From: a virus
Lineage: Duplodnaviria > Caudoviricetes
Reading direction: 5' to 3' (one strand)
IMG/VR virus record: IMGVR_UViG_3300012007_000672
Location: 4,808-68,807 of that record
Length of the DNA: 64,000 nt
This document shows, piece by piece, positions 28,236 to 38,365 of this stretch (the stretch's first letter is position 1; each line of letters starts with the position of its first letter). Both the position numbers and the translations under genes were made by a program. The notes under the pieces were generated by a model that saw only the letters and a program-made list of their open reading frames with translations, was not told the DNA's origin and made no database searches.

Positions 28236-29212
28236 ACGATCTTAGTGATTATTTCTATGGGTAACCCAGTCTCGTTGGCGATCTTTGCCAGGTCCATGCC
28301 AGTACCGTGCAACTGTCGCACGCCGTCGATGGTCTTCTTGCGCAGCACCTTCAGGTAGGTCATCAGGTTCAGCTGCTCCACCTCTGCGGCATTGCCCAGA
28401 CCGTCGTTGCACAGGTCATAGAGGGCGTCGCTCATGTCCGTGGTGATATCCTTGGCCTTGCCAGGCTCGAACTTCGAGAGCAGGGAGAATTCCGTTTTCG
28501 TATATATGAAGGTGTTCAGGGCCATGAAGTTCATGGCGATGGCCTTCAGAGTGTCTGCAGGGAGCGTCCTGAACATCTCCGCGTTCTTCTGTGCATCCTG
28601 GCTGTCGTAGGGAGCCGGATAATAGAGGATGGCAGCCATCAGCGGCCATGATTCAGGCTTGTCGAGCAGCTGACGGGCCTCGATGTACTGCAGTGCGGAA
28701 AGTGAGCAGCTGATCATACCGTCGCACATGGCGGCACGGTAGCCCTGATACCGGAGTACGTGACTCCTGTCGAGTTTGATGATGACCTCAGGAACCAGCT
28801 GGGCGAAGAAACAGAGGTCGAGCTGGTACTTATAGTCGAGATCCTTCAGATGGGCGAGGGTGGGGATGTGCTGCAGACGGAAGGGATCGGTGCGCTTGGC
28901 CAGGCGGTAATCCTGGTTGCTGAGTTCCTGCAGGGCTGCATCGTCATCGGGATAGACGATCTTGAAGAGGAACGTCAGCTGCTCCGATATCGTGATCAGG
29001 TTCTCGATGGTGTCCTCTCCCTTCATCTTACGGATGTCCCAGCCCATGATATCGCAGAGCAGGCGGATGCGTAGCTCTCCCACGGAGATGCTGCCAGCCT
29101 CCATCTGTGCCACATAGCCTGCCAGCTTCAGGAAGGCTGACGGACCAAGTTTCTCCCAGCTGTTGGGAATCACTATCTCCTCGTTCTTGTATTTCAGTCT
29201 GATATCCTTCAT
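28232..29212 (-). CDS. Hypothetical phage protein
   Basis: 326 aa in the portal operon. Confidence 0.7.
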   Translation of the reverse strand: MKDIRLKYKNEEIVIPNSWEKLGPSAFLKLAGYVAQMEAGSISVGELRIRLLCDIMGWDIRKMKGEDTIENLITISEQLTFLFKIVYPDDDAALQELSNQDYRLAKRTDPFRLQHIPTLAHLKDLDYKYQLDLCFFAQLVPEVIIKLDRSHVLRYQGYRAAMCDGMISCSLSALQYIEARQLLDKPESWPLMAAILYYPAPYDSQDAQKNAEMFRTLPADTLKAIAMNFMALNTFIYTKTEFSLLSKFEPGKAKDITTDMSDALYDLCNDGLGNAAEVEQLNLMTYLKVLRKKTIDGVRQLHGTGMDLAKIANETGLPIEIITKIV

Positions 29213-29215
29213 ACT

Positions 29216-30199
29216 TCAGGGCATCATAATGATCTTGTCGTCGGGGCGGTTGTAGGCACTCATCGAGCTCATGTCGATGGTGGTGCCACTCTCAAGCAGG
29301 GTGTCGATATCGCTGATCAGCGCGTCGGCCTCGCCGTCGAGCATGTCGGCAAGCGATATCGCACGCTCGGCTTCATCCTTGCCGTTGCGGTTGGCATGAC
29401 TCTCATCGAAGAGATTGCGGATCGTAGGCGGGAACTCCAGGATGTCGAAGCGGCGCAGGGCCTTGGCCACCGTCTTCTTCGCCAGTGCCAGATCTAGCAT
29501 GGCGGTGAGCTTATCCTTTTCGTCGAGCGTCTCGATACGGCTGTAGTAGTTGCCGATGCGCCCGTTGACCACTTCCGCCTGCAGGGGCAGGGTGCGGAAG
29601 AAGAAGAGGTACGACAGGTCGATGGGATAGATCGTGTCGAACTGCTCGGCAGTACGGATATGACAGCCGGCAGCCATACGGTAGAAACGTGACTCGCGGA
29701 AGAGCTGGCCGATGTCGGGCGCTGTCCCATTATCCGCAGCTGCAACCTCTTCCGTCCCGGGTTCCGCAGGTGCGACTTCTGTCCCAGGCTCCGCAGATGC
29801 GACGTTTTCATCTGCAGGTGCGACTTCGTCGGCCTGGCGTGTCAGTTCCGAGAGCAGCGTGTCCATGGCACTGAAGTAATTCTCCATCCAGGAGCGTTTC
29901 ATGCCCTCCACCTCGTACTTATAGGTGTCGGTACCGGCCTTACGGTTGACATAGGCACTGAATACGGCATTGTTGGCCATGATGCGGTTGGCCAGTGCCA
30001 TGCGCAGCGCATCCGTCATGGTGTCGTCACTACCGTCGGCAATGGCCGTCAGTACCGTATCGGGGATGAGTGCCGTGAGCTGTTTCCAACTGCTGGCGAA
30101 TGCGGCCTTCAGGTCGCCCAGGGCAATGTTGGTGTCGGTCACGGGTGCATACTGGGCAAGGTTGCCCATGTTCTGGAATATGTCGGTGATATTCTTCAT
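29216..30199 (-). CDS. Hypothetical phage protein (possible head-tail adaptor) with short AEPGTE repeat insert
   Basis: 327 aa directly after the portal gene. Confidence 0.65.
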   Translation of the reverse strand: MKNITDIFQNMGNLAQYAPVTDTNIALGDLKAAFASSWKQLTALIPDTVLTAIADGSDDTMTDALRMALANRIMANNAVFSAYVNRKAGTDTYKYEVEGMKRSWMENYFSAMDTLLSELTRQADEVAPADENVASAEPGTEVAPAEPGTEEVAAADNGTAPDIGQLFRESRFYRMAAGCHIRTAEQFDTIYPIDLSYLFFFRTLPLQAEVVNGRIGNYYSRIETLDEKDKLTAMLDLALAKKTVAKALRRFDILEFPPTIRNLFDESHANRNGKDEAERAISLADMLDGEADALISDIDTLLESGTTIDMSSMSAYNRPDDKIIMMP

Positions 30200-31665
30200 G
30201 ACTGCTGCTGGTTTAGGCGTTCCTTGGGTGCTGTGTCCTCCTGGCGCTGTGGCACCTCGCGGTAGAAGCCGAAGCGGTAGCCATTGGCGTAGAGGTCCGG
30301 GAAGTTCAGGCGCAGGGCCTGGTTGAGTGGTTCGGTGCAGATCTCATCCTCGGGCGTGAGGCTCATGATGTAGATCAGGTAGTTGTAGTAAGCGTCCGAG
30401 CCGGACTTGGATATCACTCCCTCCTTATCGACCGCAGAGATGGCGGCATCCAGTCCGACGCTGGAGAGCAGTGCCTGCTCGGTACGCTTGTCGTATGTGA
30501 TCAGCGCGTCGATATACTCCTTATACTTCATATCGACGCTCTCGAATTTCCACTGTTGCTCATGGCCCTGTCCGTCCATGAACGAGATGCTGGAGTAGGC
30601 CTTTCCCTGGTTCGACTCTCCGGAGAGATATTCCGACACCTTGCGCAGTTCCTGGCGCAGATACTCCACAACCAGGCTCTCGCGGTACTCGGTACCGAGC
30701 TCCATGCCGTTATAGGTGATCAGCTCCATGTCCTTCGACTTGCGGCGCTTGTTCTCGTCGCAGAGCTTCTGTATCTGGGAGCGTTTCGACTCCAGCCAGG
30801 CGTTAGGCACGATGATGTGGATCTTGGCGGCAAGGGAATTCTTCAGGAACGAGTTGATGTAGTGGGCGGTCTTGTTCGATCCCTGGATATAGGGTCGTGC
30901 GCCCTGGTGGGTCTCGTTCACGCCGTAATACTCGTCCACGCTCTTGTCACGGTGGTGAGAGATGGCGGCATACTGGATATTGGCGACTTCCTGGAAAGAG
31001 AACTTGGGATAGATGCGGTATCCGCTGCCTCCGAAGAACCAGCGCCCGTAGGCGATGAAGCGGAAGTCGGAGTAGGGAATGACCTCGGTGGCCACATCCT
31101 TACGCAGGGTGGCCAGACGACAGTGCTTGTTCTCGAGGGCCTCCAGTCCGGCCAGCGGCAGTCCCATGCCGATGCGCTTCCCCCTGGTAAAGCGCCACTT
31201 ACAGAAGAAGTCACCGAAATAGTAGAAGTTCTTGATATTCTGACGGCAGAACTCATCGACGGGCTGCAGGCCGTTCTGCTCCCATGACTCCAGCCACTGC
31301 TGCACCTCTGGTACCACCACGAACTGCCGGCGCAGCTTATTATCCTCTATCGAGGTGGTGTAGAGCATGGGGCCGTGACCATAGAGCATCTTGATCTGCT
31401 TTCCGTACAGACGGGGCAGCAGACGGTTTTCCTTGATCTCTTTTGTGATCTCATCGATGAGCAGGTCGTTAAAGCCTCGCATCAATACCTGGTACCCGCC
31501 GATGCCGAGCCACTGGTGCTCGTGGCGTATGCCTGTCAACGTGGAAGGCAGCACGAGCGACGGCCCCTCGAACAGCTGTGTATTGGTACCCAACTGAAAC
31601 GATATCACGTTACCGTCGTGGATGTAGTTACCTACATTGCCATGGATTTCAATCTGATCGTTCAT
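30196..31665 (-). CDS. Probable portal protein
   Basis: 489 aa, downstream of the terminase; size and helical C-terminus fit a portal. Confidence 0.7.
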   Translation of the reverse strand: MNDQIEIHGNVGNYIHDGNVISFQLGTNTQLFEGPSLVLPSTLTGIRHEHQWLGIGGYQVLMRGFNDLLIDEITKEIKENRLLPRLYGKQIKMLYGHGPMLYTTSIEDNKLRRQFVVVPEVQQWLESWEQNGLQPVDEFCRQNIKNFYYFGDFFCKWRFTRGKRIGMGLPLAGLEALENKHCRLATLRKDVATEVIPYSDFRFIAYGRWFFGGSGYRIYPKFSFQEVANIQYAAISHHRDKSVDEYYGVNETHQGARPYIQGSNKTAHYINSFLKNSLAAKIHIIVPNAWLESKRSQIQKLCDENKRRKSKDMELITYNGMELGTEYRESLVVEYLRQELRKVSEYLSGESNQGKAYSSISFMDGQGHEQQWKFESVDMKYKEYIDALITYDKRTEQALLSSVGLDAAISAVDKEGVISKSGSDAYYNYLIYIMSLTPEDEICTEPLNQALRLNFPDLYANGYRFGFYREVPQRQEDTAPKERLNQQQS

Positions 31666-31993
31666 TTCCTAACCAGTTTATCTTATGAAGTTTGTATCCG
31701 TCCTGTGAGAAGGCCATGAACCGGATGAGTACGCGGTAGCACATCTTCGGATCGCCGTTCTCGTCGAGGAAGAGGAACAGGTTATCGGGGGCTACGTCGT
31801 ACTTCTCGTTGGGCCACTGGGTGCGCCACTTGCAGTGCTCCTTCACAGTGAGCGTGGTACCGGCCTGGTCGCGCTTGCGGCTGTAGGGGTAGAACATTAC
31901 GGTGAAGTCGCCATCGGGCAGCTTCGACAGTTCGCGTGCCCACTGCAGGGCATGCATGCCATCCATCTCGATGCCTTGTGCCTGATCCTTCAT
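31649..31993 (-). CDS. Hypothetical phage protein
   Basis: ORF from MKDQAQG with an upstream promoter-like box. Confidence 0.7.
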   Translation of the reverse strand: MKDQAQGIEMDGMHALQWARELSKLPDGDFTVMFYPYSRKRDQAGTTLTVKEHCKWRTQWPNEKYDVAPDNLFLFLDENGDPKMCYRVLIRFMAFSQDGYKLHKINWLGNERSD

Positions 31994-32309
31994 GCCGCAA
32001 AAATATATAAATAAGGTGAAAGGGCAAAAGACACGGCGCGGCCTGTCATATTTCCCGACACGAAGTGCATTGCACATCAAACGGAAATCTCAGCGGGTCG
32101 TCCTCTCTTCTCCCGTTCGCGCACATTACTTTTACGCTTTTCAAAACGTAAACACTTGATAATCAGACGAAAGCATTTTTATAACTTGTCAAAAAGGGCG
32201 ATTATTATGGTTTTCAGGAAACTTTTTATGCCAAATATGATAAAAAAACGGCATAATTTTACCACGTTTGGGGCAACGTGTAAAGGTTTTGCCGTTTTTT
32301 GACCACGTT

Positions 32310-34064
32310 TCAGGCTGTCAGGTTGTCGGGTAAGTCGGTGGGGAAAATGCTTAATTCTTTCTTACAAACGTCGCCATACAGGCCATACAGCAGATAGATG
32401 AAGGCCGAGGGCAACTGTGTGGTGAGTCCGGCCTGGTGCTTCAGGCTTTCCTTCTTTTCTGATGATTTGTCGAGCTCTATCTTGCCGTCGACACTCTTCA
32501 GGGGCGATATCAGGATGGCAGAGCAGAGGTTGGGACACTCGTTCTCGTCGATGCGTATGATGGGGAGTGAGGGGTATTGTTCCTGGAACAGCATCAGCAG
32601 CAGTTTGTACTGTTGCCAGTGGTAGATGGTCTCCTGTCCCTCGTTGTAGAGTATCACCTGGAAGCCCGCCTGCTCGAGAAGCTCTTTCATCAGGCGCGAG
32701 TCGGTGGTGATGCGCTGGCTCTCCTCACGGGTCTTGTTACCCGCACGGTCGGGGTAGAGGTGTATCACCTTGTTCTCCGCGTCAGCCCCAAAGAACTGCT
32801 GCACCTGCGAGGCCAAATCCTGCTGTGGCACGGGCTCGTAAGACGTGAATTCCTTGATCACGTCGAGCCTTCTGCCGTAGTCTTTCTTCTGTGCGAACAC
32901 CAGGCTGGAGAAGGCTCCCGGATCATAGCCCACGTAAAGCTCATCCTGAGGGGCGTAGTGGCTCAGGAAGCGGGCTGTAAGGATAAAACGGTCACGGAGC
33001 GACAGGCGCAGGATGGCATCGTACTTATAGGAGTCGCTGAACTGATGGTGATGGCGGTCGTAGGCGGCGAAGAACTTGTTGGTCACCTCCTTGTGGCGGA
33101 TGGCGCAGATGGAGGTCAGGAACTCGTCGATATCGAGTGTATCGAGCTGTGTCTTGAAGAACTTGGCACCCAGCACGTCGAGGTTCGAGAACGAGGAAGC
33201 CCTCGCATAGAAGATGGCACCGCGCCGCATATCGGCCAGGCGGGGTCTCCAGATATCGATGATATGGTTCAGGCGCTGCTGCTCAAGACGGATCTTCTCC
33301 ATCAGTACAGGATCCCGGCTGTCGCGTAGCTGGCGGTTCAGGTCGAACAGTCGCAACTGCTGGCGGTTGATGTGCAGCGATACGGTGACAATCTCGCTGA
33401 TCAGCTGCCGGTCCACCTTCTTCTCGTACTGCTCAAACCAGTCGTCCTCGCCCAGATCGACACGGGCTGTATCGGATACGCCCGTGATGCCGGCGTAGTA
33501 TGGCGACTTCCTGATATCGGCACTTCCTCCGCGCAGGGACGGAAAGAGCCTGGAGCGCAGTTTGTCACCGCTGTTGTGCTTCATCTCCTCGATGAAGGCA
33601 TGCACGGCGTTTCTGCCAGCCACCGACTCCGGCTGGTCGCTGCTCACCAGCTGGATATGGGCACCGTTACGGAACACGATGGAGTGCTTGGGGTAGGTGA
33701 TGGGATAGCGGGGCATACGGAAGTGCGAGGGAAGGCGTGACTCGCCCACCACATAGTCCTGCCCGTACTCCAATAGCGGACGCTCTCGGCCTCCAACGCT
33801 GACCAGGCGTGAGAACGACGCCTGTATGTTCGGCCACACGTTGGTCATCAGCGCCACATAGGTCTTATGAACCAGGAACATCAGCTCGCCGGGCATGGAA
33901 TCGACCACGCGGATGATACGGGGCGTAGTGATGCCCTCGGTCTTACCGGTGGCACGGCCCAGTTCTGCAATAAGGATGTTGGGGTCTATCACGTTACAGA
34001 GCATCTGCACGTGGTTCAGGTACAGGCGCTCGGCTTCGTCGTAGGTGATCGTTTGCTCAGTCAT
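32310..34064 (-). CDS. Terminase large subunit
   Basis: Walker A GRATGKT, Walker B AFIEE, nuclease motifs YDPG and DRAG. Confidence 0.85.
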   Translation of the reverse strand: MTEQTITYDEAERLYLNHVQMLCNVIDPNILIAELGRATGKTEGITTPRIIRVVDSMPGELMFLVHKTYVALMTNVWPNIQASFSRLVSVGGRERPLLEYGQDYVVGESRLPSHFRMPRYPITYPKHSIVFRNGAHIQLVSSDQPESVAGRNAVHAFIEEMKHNSGDKLRSRLFPSLRGGSADIRKSPYYAGITGVSDTARVDLGEDDWFEQYEKKVDRQLISEIVTVSLHINRQQLRLFDLNRQLRDSRDPVLMEKIRLEQQRLNHIIDIWRPRLADMRRGAIFYARASSFSNLDVLGAKFFKTQLDTLDIDEFLTSICAIRHKEVTNKFFAAYDRHHHQFSDSYKYDAILRLSLRDRFILTARFLSHYAPQDELYVGYDPGAFSSLVFAQKKDYGRRLDVIKEFTSYEPVPQQDLASQVQQFFGADAENKVIHLYPDRAGNKTREESQRITTDSRLMKELLEQAGFQVILYNEGQETIYHWQQYKLLLMLFQEQYPSLPIIRIDENECPNLCSAILISPLKSVDGKIELDKSSEKKESLKHQAGLTTQLPSAFIYLLYGLYGDVCKKELSIFPTDLPDNLTA

Positions 34065-34704
34065 CGGCCATCTCCTCCATCATTTCCGCTTCGTTGATGC
34101 GGGCCTCGGTCAGCAGTCGTTTCTTCTCACTCACCTCGATGGGCAGCGACTTGATGACGGTGTAGGCACCCTCGCGGTCCTTACGGGCGATCATCTTCAG
34201 GTCCTGGTTCTCGTAGCCCAGCAGTTCCGGCGTCACCTCAGAGCCATAGAGGATGGTGATGCCCAGCGTGCGGTCGCTGTCGGCAGCCTCGATGGCACGC
34301 CGACGGCACTCCAGGGCGTGCTCGGTGGCCTTCACCTGACTCTTGATGTCGCCCTTCAGGGCAGCGAACTTGGCAATCTTCTCAAACTGGTCGGCATACA
34401 CGTTCTCCCATACCTTCAGCGGTACGTTCATATCCACGTGGAAGAAATTCAACGCCTCGTAGATACGGGCCTTGCAGGTGGTGACAGGAATCTTCACTTT
34501 CTGCTCGGCGGCAATACGCTTCTGCAGGGCGATGGCACAGCGGTTCAGACTGCGCTCGGTCTCGAAGGCCTCCATGGCCCACTGAAGCTGACGGATGAAC
34601 AGCTGCAGTTCCATGGGAATGGCATCACTCTGACCCGTGGCCAGAAACGAGGCCAGCAGGTCAGGGTGAAGTTCTGATATCTGGGTGATGCGACTCTCCT
34701 TCAT
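34057..34704 (-). CDS. Hypothetical protein (terminase small subunit candidate)
   Basis: Helical 215-aa protein overlapping the terL start. Confidence 0.6.
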   Translation of the reverse strand: MKESRITQISELHPDLLASFLATGQSDAIPMELQLFIRQLQWAMEAFETERSLNRCAIALQKRIAAEQKVKIPVTTCKARIYEALNFFHVDMNVPLKVWENVYADQFEKIAKFAALKGDIKSQVKATEHALECRRRAIEAADSDRTLGITILYGSEVTPELLGYENQDLKMIARKDREGAYTVIKSLPIEVSEKKRLLTEARINEAEMMEEMADD

Positions 34705-34892
34705 ACGCCGAACAGTTCCTTACGGAGTCTGACAGCCTTGGCCTCAGTGCCGAGTTCCACCAGGAGCTTCACACTCTCGGTGTCGCCGTTCTTGGCCTGC
34801 TCAAGCAGTTTATCCACCACCTCGCGGGCGGCTATCTCGCCGTCAACCTCGCGGGCAAGGCCTTCAAGATACTCCTCGTCTTGTTTACTCAT
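34701..34892 (-). CDS. Hypothetical protein
   Basis: 63 aa, 4-bp overlap. Confidence 0.65.
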   Translation of the reverse strand: MSKQDEEYLEGLAREVDGEIAAREVVDKLLEQAKNGDTESVKLLVELGTEAKAVRLRKELFGV

Positions 34893-34940
34893 GCCGCAAA
34901 GATAATAAATATTGCAGCATGAGCAAAAGACGAGCAGGAA

Positions 34941-35318
34941 CTACAGGGCGACGGTGCCCATGGTGTCGGTGATGGGGATAAGCAGCGACTGGTGGCGGGC
35001 ACCCTGCCGCTCGATGCGGATACTGCCGGTGCGCTCCTGGGTCATGGGGACGAAGATGATCACCAGTTTACGCTCGGGGTCGGTCTCGCGGGCGTTGACG
35101 ATATCCACCTCGCTGCGTACCCTGGCCACCACTCTCGACATAGCCTCCGCGCCCCCATGGAGCGTGCGGTGGTCGAGGTTGCTGACTATCCAGTCGATCA
35201 GCAGCAGTTCCCACGCATTGGCGGTCTTGGCAAACTTCTTACTCACTTGCAGACGGCAGAAAAACATGGCGTCTACGTTCTTAACTCTCTCATCGGAATG
35301 AACTTGATAAAGTTTCAT
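34941..35318 (-). CDS. Hypothetical protein, paralog of 48982..49347, behind RNA leader 2
   Basis: FCRLQVSKKF and IRIERQGARHQSLLIPI match the paralog. Confidence 0.8.
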   Translation of the reverse strand: MKLYQVHSDERVKNVDAMFFCRLQVSKKFAKTANAWELLLIDWIVSNLDHRTLHGGAEAMSRVVARVRSEVDIVNARETDPERKLVIIFVPMTQERTGSIRIERQGARHQSLLIPITDTMGTVAL

Positions 35319-35320
35319 AA

Positions 35321-35510
35321 CTCTTGAATTTTAACAAAAAATATGCAGCACTACGCGCTGTTAAGGTTCCAAGAGGGGTGACCTTGAGGGTGTTTCCACT
35401 ACCTCACGCGGTGCTGCAATGACTTTATTTCTCTAAATGGTGGCATAAAAATAGCCGCCTTGCTGGGGCGACATCTTACACCCCTCTTGGATTTTAACGC
35501 TGCAAAGATA
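35321..35510 (-). ncRNA. Candidate CI/C4-like antisense leader RNA 2
   Basis: seqA 35481-35498, complementary seqB 35360-35378 inside a closed stem 35345-35417, seqC 35321-35335 next to the ATG. Confidence 0.6.
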
Positions 35511-35617
35511 ATAATAATTTCCGAACCAACAAAGGTTTTTGGGATTTTTTTCAAAAAAAAGTAAGACCCCGATGCTCACGCATCAGGATCTTACGAAAAA
35601 ACAAAGGTATAAACGAA

Positions 35618-36187
35618 TTAATCTCCAGATGGCTGATCGCCTTCAGGATCGGTTGGGGTAGGGATGATGCCGCTGCCGCCACTGCCGCCGCTGCCGCCAG
35701 TCGGACCGGGACTGTCAGGCTGGCCTGCAGCGTGCTTGGCTGCCTGTACCCGCTCGCGCCACTCACGGTTGAGCAGTACGGTGCCGTACTTGGTGAGTTC
35801 GGCCTTGGTGAACTCGCCCGTGGCCTGGGCGCAGAGGCGCAGGGCGCGGATGCCCATGGGGCGGCCCTGGGCGTCGGTGGCGCCGACGGTCAGATTGACA
35901 TCCGCCAGCGAGGGCCATCCGCCCACGTTCTCGATGTGGGTGGAGAAGATGGCGAGGCCGTCGATCTTCACGGGCTGGCCGCTGAGGTTGAGTTCGCGGA
36001 TACACTTCACCATGTCGCGCAGGATCCCGATGATGGTGCCCTCGGAGAACGGCGTGTTGTGGTGGGCCATGTGCTCGGCGAGGCCCACCAGGTCGATGGG
36101 CGTCTCGTTGTCGGCATAGGCGTAGTACTTTCCGTAGCTGGAGTTGTACTTGTTGTTGTTCTTTGAAAGGTAGATTTTAACTGCCAT
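35618..36187 (-). CDS. HU-like (histone-like) DNA-binding protein, Bacteroidetes type
   Basis: LAEHMAHHNTPFSEGTIIGIL...GQPVKIDGLAIF; Gly/Ser-rich tail. Confidence 0.85.
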   Translation of the reverse strand: MAVKIYLSKNNNKYNSSYGKYYAYADNETPIDLVGLAEHMAHHNTPFSEGTIIGILRDMVKCIRELNLSGQPVKIDGLAIFSTHIENVGGWPSLADVNLTVGATDAQGRPMGIRALRLCAQATGEFTKAELTKYGTVLLNREWRERVQAAKHAAGQPDSPGPTGGSGGSGGSGIIPTPTDPEGDQPSGD

Positions 36188-36345
36188 GATACTAGATTAT
36201 TAAGTTGGTATTAAGCTTGTATGAAGCTCTGTGGACTTTCCACGGGTGCAAAGGTATGCCTTTTTTTGAGTACAAAGCCAATTATATCCGGTTATAGACA
36301 GATCTTGTCTACAAGTATCTGCTTTTTTATTGTTACCTTTGCACC

Positions 36346-36561
36346 GTGAATTTCAGGATACGACAATATGGACGCACTGAGCTGGCCATGCTATACTCTC
36401 CAGACATCACACCGGAGAGTGCATGGAAGAAACTGAGAAAATGGATCGACCATTTTCCCGGACTCAGGAAAATGCTCATGGATATGGGATACACCGGGCA
36501 TGAACGCAGCTTTACGCCATCGCAGGTGGCAATCATCATCGAAGCGCTTGGTGAACCCTGA
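36346..36561 (+). CDS. DUF4248-like DNA-binding protein
   Basis: YGRTELAMLYSP...RSFTPSQVAIIIEALGEP. Confidence 0.85.
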   Translation: MNFRIRQYGRTELAMLYSPDITPESAWKKLRKWIDHFPGLRKMLMDMGYTGHERSFTPSQVAIIIEALGEP

Positions 36562-36617
36562 TCAATAAGTGGCACTTAACGAAAATCAAGTACCACTTAT
36601 TGATAAATAACCTATAC

Positions 36618-37600
36618 TTATTTTATCTGTTCGAGCACCATCCTGAAGAGGCGCTCTTTCTCCTGATGGCGGGTGAGGTTGTCGCGATCGTTTGCACGCT
36701 TATCCTTGCGGTCCTTGCGCTTCAGGTAACTCTGGTACCGGCGGATGTTGTCGAGTACGAGCTTATGCTGGTGCAGGAACTCTGCCGGGTCGCGATGGAA
36801 GAGATCGAGCAGTTTCGACAGTTCAGACCGGCTGGAGAGCAGTGGGTGATCGTTGCGGAAACGGCCCGTATCGTTGAAAGAACGCAACTCGTCGAACGCC
36901 TGGAGGTTCCTGATGCGGAGTTCGGCCAGTTCCTTGACTGCCGCCTCTGTCGGTTCCTTATCCAGCTGCTCGTCGAGCTGCGTCATACGCCGCCATGTGT
37001 TGATGCGGTCGTTGTAGAGGATGGTCGCCGTCTGAACGTCGGGATCCGACAGGTTCAGCCAGTCGATCTTTGGGTATTCTACTTCTTTTTGGAGCCGCCC
37101 TTTTTGGCTGTGGACTTCTTGGCTGCAGTCTTTTTGGCGGGATTCTCCTCGCTTTTTTTTTCTTCAGCCAATTGATCCTCGAGGTCGGCAATCTGGTCTT
37201 CCTTCTCCTCCAGCTGATCCTGAAGGTCTGCCACCTCCTCTTCTTTCTCTTCGAGCTGATCCTTCAATTTCAGTTTATCAGGATCATCCTCTTCTTCAGA
37301 TACAGGCTCTGGTTCAGGAGTTGGCTCTGGCTCAGGAGAGGGTTCCGGCTCTGGAGTGGGTGCTGGCTCAGACTTTGATACCTGTTTAAACTGTAGACGG
37401 TTCTTGACGATATCGTCACGGTGGACGATGCCGAGCAGAACCAGGAGGATATCACCAGCACTGCGCGATGGTGAGAACTCGAACTCCTTCAGACGCGGAT
37501 GGTTGGGGTTCAGCTTCCTCAGGAGCGCCAGGTCAGCGGCTGCCTCCTTGGGGGAGAGCAGCTGCTGATGGTGGAACAGTTTTTCTCTTTCGTTATACAT
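36618..37600 (-). CDS. About 327-aa -1 frameshift fusion product (tail assembly chaperone G/GT-like)
   Basis: A9 slippery run at 37153-37161; the -1 frame is open from there to 36618 and has no start codon until 36986. Confidence 0.65.
37079..37600 (-). CDS. Non-shifted 173-aa product with Pro/Glu repeats and an acidic coiled coil
   Basis: ORF track; follows the tail tube candidate. Confidence 0.8.
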   Translation of the reverse strand: MYNEREKLFHHQQLLSPKEAAADLALLRKLNPNHPRLKEFEFSPSRSAGDILLVLLGIVHRDDIVKNRLQFKQVSKSEPAPTPEPEPSPEPEPTPEPEPVSEEEDDPDKLKLKDQLEEKEEEVADLQDQLEEKEDQIADLEDQLAEEKKSEENPAKKTAAKKSTAKKGGSKKK

Positions 37601-37612
37601 ATAGACAGGAAT

Positions 37613-38347
37613 TTAAACTGATGGGTTGCCATCGAGCAGATCCTGGATGCTTCCGTTGGAACCGAAGTCAACCAGGCAGTCGAGATAGACGCTCGGACGG
37701 GTGAAGGTGAGGGTGCTGTAGCGACCGTCGGCATCATCCTTCGTCTCGGTATTGCCGAGGATCATTGGGCGTTCTGCCTCGCCGATGATGTGCCATACCG
37801 TATCCTTGATGTGCTTGTAGAGGATGATGAACTTGCCGCCAGAGAACTCCTCGATGAAATCCTTGAGGGCATTTCTGTCGCCGCCCATTACGACCGTGAA
37901 GGTGTTGGTGCCATTGGTGGTGATATCACCCTTCTCGGTACTGGAGAGCAGCGTCGGGATGGTGTGGGCCTCGAAGTAGTGGGCTGCCTCACCCGCCTTC
38001 AGGATGCTCTTGCTCAGTGTTACCGTGCGGTCGGCGCCCGGCTGCGGGAAGTTGAACTTATCGGCCAGCTGGGCGGTATTGATCAGCACGATCTGGTAGG
38101 CGATCTCGTTGCCATGGGTGTCGCGGTCGCTCACGTCGTCGATCGAGCCGATGAGCGTCATGGTGGCCAGACCGACACCGTAGCCGGCATGCGCACTGGC
38201 GGGTTCAACACAGGCCCATACGAAGGCGACGATCGAGATCAGGCCCATGATGACTGTAAACAGCTGACGGGCCTTGCGGTTTTCATACTGAGCTCCCTTC
38301 TTGGAGAGCCCAGTATTGACGATGATATTCTTCTTCATTTTCTTCAC
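37613..38347 (-). CDS. Probable major tail tube protein with signal-peptide-like N-terminus
   Basis: Beta-rich 185-aa core after the capsid gene; N-terminal basic, hydrophobic, ASAHA pattern. Confidence 0.55.
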   Translation of the reverse strand: MKKMKKNIIVNTGLSKKGAQYENRKARQLFTVIMGLISIVAFVWACVEPASAHAGYGVGLATMTLIGSIDDVSDRDTHGNEIAYQIVLINTAQLADKFNFPQPGADRTVTLSKSILKAGEAAHYFEAHTIPTLLSSTEKGDITTNGTNTFTVVMGGDRNALKDFIEEFSGGKFIILYKHIKDTVWHIIGEAERPMILGNTETKDDADGRYSTLTFTRPSVYLDCLVDFGSNGSIQDLLDGNPSV

Positions 38348-38365
38348 TTTTTTACGTTTTTACAA

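Noticed and set aside
29740-29830. AEPGTE tandem repeat
   Set aside because: A short in-frame low-complexity insert with no evidence of function
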